Origin: Amoebidium appalachense
Lineage: Eukaryota > Protista > Ichthyosporea
DNA: 64,000 bases
Assembly (NCBI GenBank): GCA_963693365.1
Contig: CAVNZM010000014.1
Span: 5,332,001-5,396,000 of the forward strand
Reading direction: 5' to 3'
Made by a program: the position numbers and the translations under genes. The notes under the pieces are model-generated. The model did no database searches and was not told the origin of the DNA. It saw only the letters and a program-made list of their open reading frames with translations. This document shows, one piece after another, positions 42,266-64,000 of this stretch (positions are counted from its first letter, which is position 1; each line of letters opens with the position of its first letter).

Positions 42266-43078
42266 CTAATAATAGCTAAAAATTTAAACTGTTTTTTTGT
42301 TTTTTCCGCGAGCAGCGGGAGTTGGGGGCGGCGGCGGCGGCGGGGGGGGGGGGGGGGGGGGGGGGGAGGGGGGGGGAGGATTCGGTTGATGGTACCGTGA
42401 TTAGGATCTCGAATAGAACTTGATTAGCTGCTTGGGATAGCTTCGTATTTTATTCTTTTTTTTTATTTGTGGGGGGGGGGGGGGGGGGGAGGGAGGCGGG
42501 GGGAGGGGGAAGGGTTGTGGTGATATAATATTAGAACTTAGATTACAGTAGCTGGTCACTGTGCGATGATCACAGTAACCGTCATTAGTAGATTGCTTTA
42601 GCGCGAGGTGTTGTATCTTCGTGCTATTTTCTTTTAGAATCCAAATTCAGGTTGATCCCTTTTCACCTCTTAGAGGGTTCGGTCTTTCACTTGGCCAATA
42701 ACCCCAGGCAGGATGATATGAATATTATAGTCATGTAACTATACAGGCTCCTTTTTAGGCCTGAAAGTAGAAACGTAGATCATCTAAACCATGCTAGTAT
42801 AGATTGGAGCTGGTGTTTCATACGGTAATCATAAAAAGGTTATATAAAACAAAAAAGCAGGCTCGCAGATTTAGGCTAGTTTAAGAAAGGCAATAATAGG
42901 TTGAGACTGAGGGTGAGAGAAGGTTGCACCCGGCCAAACCCCCTCCCTGGGCCCCCCTCCCTTTCCGGATCCTGTCCCCTCCTCCTCCTCCCCCCCCCCC
43001 CCCCCCTCCCCCTTCCCCCCTCCCCCCCCCCCCCCCCCTCAACACACACACACACACACTTCCACACACGTCTTGCAA

Positions 43079-43114
<36 letters not shown>

Positions 43115-43123
43115 TGCGAGGCC

Positions 43124-43875
43124 TTTTATTATTTTTTTATAATGACTTTATTGATATGCTCAGCAAAATAGAAGCCATCGAGATATCACCGAAATCTCGG
43201 AGAAGAAAATACAAAAGCCCTCACTCTCGGATACAGAGAAGATAACGACTTAAATAATCATACACCCTAGAAAACTCGTTAAACATACCGTGGTTCAACA
43301 GATAGTCAATAGACGTAAGATCAGGATTATCTAAATAAGCCAGTCTTCTAATTTCTAACGGAATAATCTGAGATAAATAAATACATCTATCCAAGTGTTT
43401 ACGAGAAAAAGGTTCTGCACAAAAGTGGCACAAACATTTGTGGAAACAAAGGTTACAGCGCCAAAATAACCATTTCCAAGCTATATCACAAGGAGGGGTT
43501 AGAATTGCAAAATCGGTAAGTGTGGTAGGTTTACGAGAGGAAGGATAAATATAAGTAGCTAATATACACAACGATTGTAAAGAAAATAGACGAGTCTCTA
43601 ATATAAAAAGAAGAGGCTCAAGAGCCCTACCATGATACTCTTTATCACAACGATGAAGCAAAGGATATTGAGTATGAAACCAAGTAACATACTGCTGATA
43701 ACTAGTAGTTAAGAGAAAAATAAAGGAGATAAGTATTTAAAAGGATATCTCGGAATGGGAGAGAGATTGGGGATAGGACATTTCGCACGAACATTAGAAA
43801 TGCCGGGAACAGTGCTAAAGAAGGAAAGAATTGCAACAAAGGATGATAAGAAGGAAGCCTAACCAAATGAAAACA
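43124..43875 (-). mobile_element. 5'-truncated non-LTR retrotransposon (LINE) 3' end
   Basis: ORF 43661-43221 ends in WLFWR...CHFCAEPFSRKHLDRC...IDYLLNH, a CCHC-type tail like that following RT in LINE ORF2s. It is followed by a short UTR, AATAAA and an A-rich tail (ataaaaaaataataaaa). AT-rich and microsatellite-free. Confidence 0.65.
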
Positions 43876-43878
43876 AAA

Positions 43879-43926
43879 GCTAAGTCCACGGCCATCTAGG
43901 TGTTTCTAGATGGCCGTGGCTAAGTC
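43879..43926. mobile_element. 32-bp micro-element: perfect 13-bp TIRs flanked by an 8-bp direct repeat
   Basis: GCTAAGTC|CACGGCCATCTAG-GTGTTT-CTAGATGGCCGTG|GCTAAGTC. Confidence 0.8.
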
Positions 43927-45232
43927 GACGTCCTAATTCATTCACACGCTGGCGCAAAAAATGGGCAAAGGATGATCCAGAAGGAGAGATGTTTTGAATT
44001 GTTAGAATAAGTACCGGCAACGGTGTGAGTGTGTGGGTGTGTTTGCGTGCACGTGTATATGCACGTGGGTGTTTGTGTGTTGGCGTGGGAAGAGGAAGGC
44101 CTAGGGCGGCAGCTTTAAAATTCGGCGACAGTTGAAAATTTTTTTTTCTTTTGACTGGATTTAATCGTTGAAATTTTGTTTTCTCAGTATGCCGTGCATA
44201 CTTGTCATATCTTTCCGTCGAATAAATCCAGTCAAAAGAAAATTTTGTTCACGGTACACTGGTTTGGGGAGTCTATAGCTGGGGGCGCAAGCCCAAAAGA
44301 CCTGATTTCAGTGACGAAAACAGTTGCATGTTGCTACATCACATGCACACACACATGGCGTGAATTATTTGTAGTTTTTATGTATAACGTGGAAGGACGA
44401 CATATATGTCACCCTCAAAGGGTTTTGCGTGGCTTCATTTTTGGCTACATATTAAATGGCTGTATTCATGCTGCTTACAGATGGGTTTTGGGGGATTGCT
44501 GGTGGTGACCGCAAGGCCAATGATCTGGAAAAACGGTTTCTTATCAGCGCGCCATCAGGGCATGTGCAAAGAATACGGCAAGATCTGCTCAAACTGGTGC
44601 AGTGTGTGATTGGTGAAAGGCGATAGAGAAGGGTTTCCACTACATAAATTAGTAAGTAATTGTCTGTAGCACAGGGCTGAAAAAAGTATCTAAAGAGCTT
44701 CTAAATTTTTGAACTGTGATTTGTTATTTAACTTAAGAAGTCTGCCTGAATAGCTGCATTACAGGAAACAGAATCTGCGATAAAGCATCATCGATTACTC
44801 TGCAACTCAACCTAATAACAGGTTTTCATTGGTTCATTGTCATAAAAGCCGTCTATAGCCATATCTGGCTACTGGCACACACAAGTTTTGGGCGGCTGCG
44901 CTCGGCAGCCTGAAGTCACAGTCTGAGCTGTTGAACGTTCATACTTGAGAGGAGCCAACTTGACCATGGCCTATGTTTGTGTCCTTCACTTTTCAAACTT
45001 CACACACTCTATATAGTCTCCTTGCGGTTTTATCCTGTCTCCGCTCCTTCGTGACTTTTTTTTTTGGGCCCTCTGTAAATTACGCGCCCTTTTACATTTC
45101 AGGTGTAACAAAGGCCATTACCACCCACTTTTAAGCCCACATCCAGCGCACAGGAGACACTGATATTTCATGGCTAGTAGTACAGTCAGTACATCCGAGT
45201 TCTTCTAGGTGTAGCTCCAAAAAAACACAAGA

Positions 45233-58603
<13,371 letters not shown>

Positions 58604-58841
58604 GTTCCTCACCGTTAAGATTTTTAACAGAGTATTAAAATATAATGTGGTTTAGGATATGTGTATGGCCTGGAGGCGGGATGAGGATTTATTGCTCGGT
58701 TATGACGGGGTGAGGATTAGGAGTGTTTGTCAACGCAAAGGACACCCACTTTATCTTGTTCATTGTTTTTTTCTTTCTTCCTCTCTTTCTTTTCTGTGTT
58801 TTTTTTTCTTATCTTTGCCTTTGTTTATTCTTTATCTTTTT

Positions 58842-58878
<37 letters not shown>

Positions 58879-58989
58879 CCGCACTGCCCTTCCCCCCCGT
58901 AGCCTTGTCCCATTCTCCTGTCCTGTTGTCAGCCTCTACTTTAGTGAACCCCCCCCCCCCCCCCCCCCCCTTCCCCCCCCCCCCAAAAC

Positions 58990-59038
<49 letters not shown>

Positions 59039-59042
59039 AACA

Positions 59043-59105
<63 letters not shown>

Positions 59106-60183
59106 CAACCACACACACGCACAGCTGGTCTAGATATGTAAAAGTAGGCATAGTGAATACCAAAAACCCTCTGCACTATTCTTGGGATTTTTTGGGGGGA
59201 GTGTGTTTTAATGCATGTAAGATAGACTTTGAAAGAGACGTTGAAGAGTCGAAGGATTATATATTTGCATGAACGGCTCCATTTTTGTATACTAATTAAA
59301 TACCCGGTTTAACGCTGATAAGTGAAGTGTACTTTTATGCCATACATGTTTGCTTGAAATTGATAAAATGATAAAAATGAAATAGAAATAAAATCTGCCA
59401 AGGATACATCTCACACCACTGGATGGCGTTGGCGGCTTATTACTGGTGAAAGGTGCACATAAAGAGTATATAGTAACCTGGACACATTAACATACGTGCA
59501 TGGTATTATGTTTAGTGCACCTACATGGTCTAATCTTGGACTTCCGGACAAGGATTATAGACAAAACGAACTTGTCGGTAAATCTCATTTGCGCACCTTG
59601 CATGTGTGTGGCAGTGCCAAAAGGGAGGATTGCCTTATACAGACAAAAGGGATGTACAAATAGAGGGAGGGAGGAAGCGAGGGAGGAGGGCAGAGGCAAA
59701 GGGGGGAATTAAGGTAGCTGGAACCATGTATTAGTAGCGTGAACAAGGGGCGGGGACTCGGGGGAGGGGGGAGGGGGGGGGGGGGGGGGGGGGGGGGGGT
59801 GGGGGGCAGGACAGAAAAAGAGAGAGAGGAGCCTCAGGGATGAAGAGGAGGGGGAGAGGAGGAAGGGAGGGAGTATGCTGAAAATAAATCCGCACAACGG
59901 TGTGTGTGTGCGTGCCTGTGTGTGTGCAAACGCCTGTGTACACGTGTGTTGTGTGTTGTGTGCGTGTGCGCGTGTGGTTGTGGGGGGGGGGGATTCGGAG
60001 GTGGGTGTGTGGGTTCGCGCGTGCGCTTGGAGAGGGGGGGGGGAGGGGGAGGGGGGAGGGGGGAGAGGGGGTAATGTATGGTCGACTGTACATGTTGGCA
60101 CGCACCCGCTCCAACATGAGAATGACTGGCTATAGCCTGCCTGAGACCCGGACTCCGGACTGCGGAGTCGGGAAGCGACTTCA

Positions 60184-60217
60184 TGACGTCACGATCGCTA
60201 ATGTTGAATGTGATTGG
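60184..60217. promoter_or_regulatory. Putative promoter elements (CRE-like TGACGTCA and inverted CCAAT)
   Basis: TGACGTCA at 60184-60191 and ATTGG at ~60213, in microsatellite-free DNA upstream of a likely 5'UTR exon (donor AAG|gtatgt at ~60837). Confidence 0.35.
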
Positions 60218-61751
60218 TGGTTAGGTTCCCGCCTTTTCCTGGATCAAGAGCGCGGTAAATTACTGCCGACGCCATCAGGCTTTGGGGAAGAACAACCACA
60301 GTAGACTGTGTTATATGGTTTCGTATAGAGGTAGGAAAAAATAATAGAATACATATATATATATATAATATTTCTATTATATTATTGTTTGTATCAGAGC
60401 CAACAATCTCTAAGTAATAGGCATATCTTCTTAGCAACAAATGAGGGAAGAGGGAAATTCGCTCATGCAAGGGCTTTACACCCACTCTTGCGCGCGCGTT
60501 TTTCAACCGCCGGGCTTGTGTAGCGACATGCCAGCGGCTCGCCGAAGTTTTCGCAAGCACACCAGAACAGCAAACACAAGTCCAGCAGCGGGGCGAAGAT
60601 TAAATGGGGAAAAAAACTGATGTATATTAATATATATAACAGCGATAATAGTTTAGGTTCGAATCAATCTTTTTGTGGTCGGGGTTAGATCGAACAGGTG
60701 CAGAAATAGTGGCTAGGCAACTTCACGCGGAATCGAAGGGGGAAGGGTTAACACCAGATCAAAAAAAAAAAAAAAAAAAAGCAGGGTGGGAACGGAATAA
60801 AAATAGAGAGCCGAGGGGCTTCATTCTGGCAGAAAGGTATGTTGCCCTTTGGTTATTGGTGCTTCTGGCTGCCTGTGTTTTGGTTTGTGTGCATTTGTGT
60901 GTGTGTGTGTGTGTGTGTGTCTGTGTGTTTGTCTGCGCAGAGACAAAACATGCGTCTGAGTAAGTGCATGTGGGTGCGTTTTTTTTGTGACCGTTTTTTG
61001 CGTAGTGCGTGTGTGTGGTGGTGGTGGTGGTGGTTGTGGAGTGGAGAGGGTTGTGTGTGTGGGGAGGGGGAGGGGAGGGGGAGGGGGGGAGGGGGAGGCT
61101 ACCCGCATTGTTGCCTTGCTATTCCCGAGCGTTTTTCGTACTCCTTGTTCTGTGTGTGTTCCGCTATCATGTACCTCTTCTCTAGCACATGTTTTTCTTA
61201 ACGCGTGTTTAGCGTTTTTGAACTACACGCCTCCCTTCCCCTTCCCCTTCCCCTTTTCTCTTCCCCTATATGTCTGGCATGTTCTCAGTGGCCTTACACC
61301 AACCAACTCCCCCCCCCCCCCCCCCCCCTGCCCGCCCTCCCACACACACACACCGCCTCCACCCCTCCCTTCCCCACTTCCCCACACCCTTGTTTTGTTA
61401 TGCAGGTCTTCCTAATTCCGACTTTAATGTGTGCCTGTGTTTACGATTCACAAAGAAGGGTGTGAGCTCAAAGGGGATAAACAGAAGTGTGGCTGTTGGA
61501 TCATTTTTCGGGCTATATGGGGTTTATCCCAGTCTCCTTGTATATATACCAGGCCTTTGGCTAGTTACACTCTAGCTTTTCTCTTCGACCAACTCTATAC
61601 ATTACAGCACATTTTCCGAAACTTTGTTATGCTCATACAATTAACAGCACAACAGCACATTCTCAGAGAATTTGTTGTGCTCATACAAGCAACACCACAG
61701 AGTCTTTAGCACGGCGCTAACATGACCTTTAAGTGTGTGCACACAGCAAAC

Positions 61752-62114
61752 ATGGCTGCAATGGAGGCTGCCCGTGCTGTGGACGTGCTGCAGGACAGAC
61801 AGAACCACACAGACACACCGGCAGCAACCGGCTGTGCAAAGAGGACAAGTGATGACAACAGTGAAGGTAATAGATCGTAGGAGGGGGGAGTGGTGGGGGG
61901 GAAAGAGGGGTTGGGAATGGGTAGACGTTTCTTTGAGATGAGGTGGGAGGGAGAGGTGGGGGGGGGGGGGGGGAGAGGGGGTTGGGGGGGGAGAGGGGGG
62001 GAATGAGTTACTTTGAATATTTTCTGCCTTCTTGCTTGCTTTTGGATGGATAACTAGTCTGTGCATAAGCAAGGGGTGTTCGTGCACCAGCTGGCAGGCG
62101 CACACGTGCACACA

Positions 62115-62146
<32 letters not shown>

Positions 62147-62829
62147 CGCGCGCGAGCATGCGGGCACGAACATGTGCTGTGTGTATGTGTGGCAGTGTGC
62201 GCAAGTGCATGTGCGTGAGCATGTGAGTGTGTAGGGGGGGAGGATGCAGGGGGGGAGAAGGGGGGGGGGGGGGGGGGGGGCATGTGATAGCGTATATGTG
62301 TGTGCGCCCCTGCAAGTGCCTTTGCGCACATGTGTATATTTGTATGTATGCACAATGTGCGTGTGTGTATATGTAGGTAGCTTGGGTGTGCATGTAGGTT
62401 GCTTGGGCGCACATGTGTGCTAGAGAATGTGAGATGCAGGTTGTACATAAAAGTGTGCGTAGGCCTGCCTGTGTGTGTGTGTAGGAGTGTGCCTGATTGC
62501 CTATGGAAGCACACTTGTGTCTGTGAACGTCCGAGTACAGATGAATGCATGTGCTTGTTCAGATGTATGCAGGTGCTTGTACAATGTGTGCATGTGGTTG
62601 ATGTGCCTTCTTACAGTTTAAAGATATCTTCAAACACATGCCTGACCTGCCATAGAATGCACGTTTACTTGTGCTAGTCCCCTTATTCTCGTGTGGCTAT
62701 TGCAACGAACAAGACACACAAACACACTTACATACACATGCGTGCTTATGTGCACACACGCGTGCATGCCCACGTACACTGCACACACATGCAATCGCCC
62801 GTGCATGGGCACGCGCGCACACACACACA

Positions 62830-62904
<75 letters not shown>

Positions 62905-62994
62905 CACGCACACGTGTACACTACCCACACATGTACACTCGCCCACAAACACACACGTGCATGCATGTGGCGCGGCACGTGCGCGCGCGAGAAC

Positions 62995-63090
<96 letters not shown>

Positions 63091-63262
63091 CGCATATTAC
63101 ATATGCACTCACGTTTTTAGTGATTGTGTATGAACACAAAGATTTTTTTTGGTTCTGACCATATTCGATACAGATGGGGACTCCGATGACACACCGACCA
63201 AGCGGCTCCGGCTGGGCTCTGAAGATGAGAACAACCCTTTGACGGGCACATCAGCGGCAAAG
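61752..63262 (+). CDS. 5' part of a probable nuclear protein (continues beyond the window)
   Basis: Exons 61752-61866 and 63174-63262 join in phase 1: MAAMEAARAVDVLQDRQ...AKRTSDDNSEDGDSDDTPTKRLRLGSEDENNP..., containing a bipartite NLS-like motif. Confidence 0.6.
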
Positions 63263-63833
63263 GTGCGATCTCAGATCAGAGTAGATTAGATTAGATCAGG
63301 TTAGATAACAACAGCTTAAATCAGGTTGAATTCATCGTAACCCGCCCCCCTCTCCCCCTCTCCCACCACCACTCCTTTTCCACCCCCCCCCCCCCCCCCC
63401 CCAATTCTAACACATACACATGCGCACACCACATACGGTGCCCGCTCCCACACGTGCGCACATGTCAAGCACTAAAAACACTCGGATATAGCTCCTATTC
63501 CTAATCTCGTTTCTCTTTTCCTGCACAGATTCACTGCCTTCTCCTTTTAACCTGTGCGCCTATATCGTGCGTTATCTTTGACCCCCTTGCCCTCTCCGCC
63601 TTCCCCCCTCCCCCCCTCCCCCCCCCGGGGCCCGTTCACCGGCTTTTCTGCATCCTCCCTCTGTTACTGGCATAGCGTTCTGGTTCATTGGTGTTTAATT
63701 TCTCCCCCGTAGACTGCCACTTTTCGCTATGCTGCTGGCTTTGTCTTGTGCAATTTCTAATGCTTTTCTCCTCCTCCTTCCTCCCCACATCCCGCCTTTC
63801 CTGCGTCCTTTTCCCCCATCCCCCTTCCCCCCC

Positions 63834-63857
<24 letters not shown>

Positions 63858-63864
<7 letters not shown>

Positions 63865-63975
63865 ATCGATATACACACGCACACGCACACACACATCGAT
63901 ATACACACGCACACACACACACACACCGATATACACACGCACACACACACACACATCGATATACACACGCACACA
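63858..63975. repeat. Higher-order ~30-bp repeat built on (CA)n
   Basis: Four copies of cacacatcgatatacacacgca. Confidence 0.8.
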
Positions 63976-64000
63976 CTCATGTGTGCACGTGACACACACA

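Noticed and set aside
42554-42580. Small hairpin ggtcactgtg...cacagtaacc
   Set aside because: Imperfect, no TSD, expected by chance.

Overview
Intron-rich eukaryotic DNA. The RPS6, ABCD4 and EGF-domain content suggests a unicellular opisthokont, but this is inference only. The window is saturated with poly-C/poly-G runs and (CA)n/(GT)n microsatellites, so almost all ORFs in the supplied track are low-complexity artefacts. Splicing exons by hand gives seven genes: an unknown protein (- strand, 208-5242), an 11-exon cytochrome P450 (-, ~8149-16943) with tRNA-Pro(CGG) nested in intron 5, 40S ribosomal protein S6 (-, 19012-23924), an ankyrin-repeat protein (-, 28294-32664), a secreted EGF/EGF/ricin-B lectin protein (+, ~36058-42196), a 19-exon ABCD4-type ABC half-transporter (+, 45233-58603), and the 5' part of a nuclear protein (+, from 61752). 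Mobile relics include a LINE 3' end, tandem Helitron-like 3' termini, a 32-bp TIR/TSD micro-element and an apparently C-to-T hypermutated ORF. The most striking window-wide pattern is a strand-specific intron grammar: C-runs just after weak 5' splice sites, and (CA)n or C-runs abutting 3' splice sites. All coordinates and counts were made by hand.
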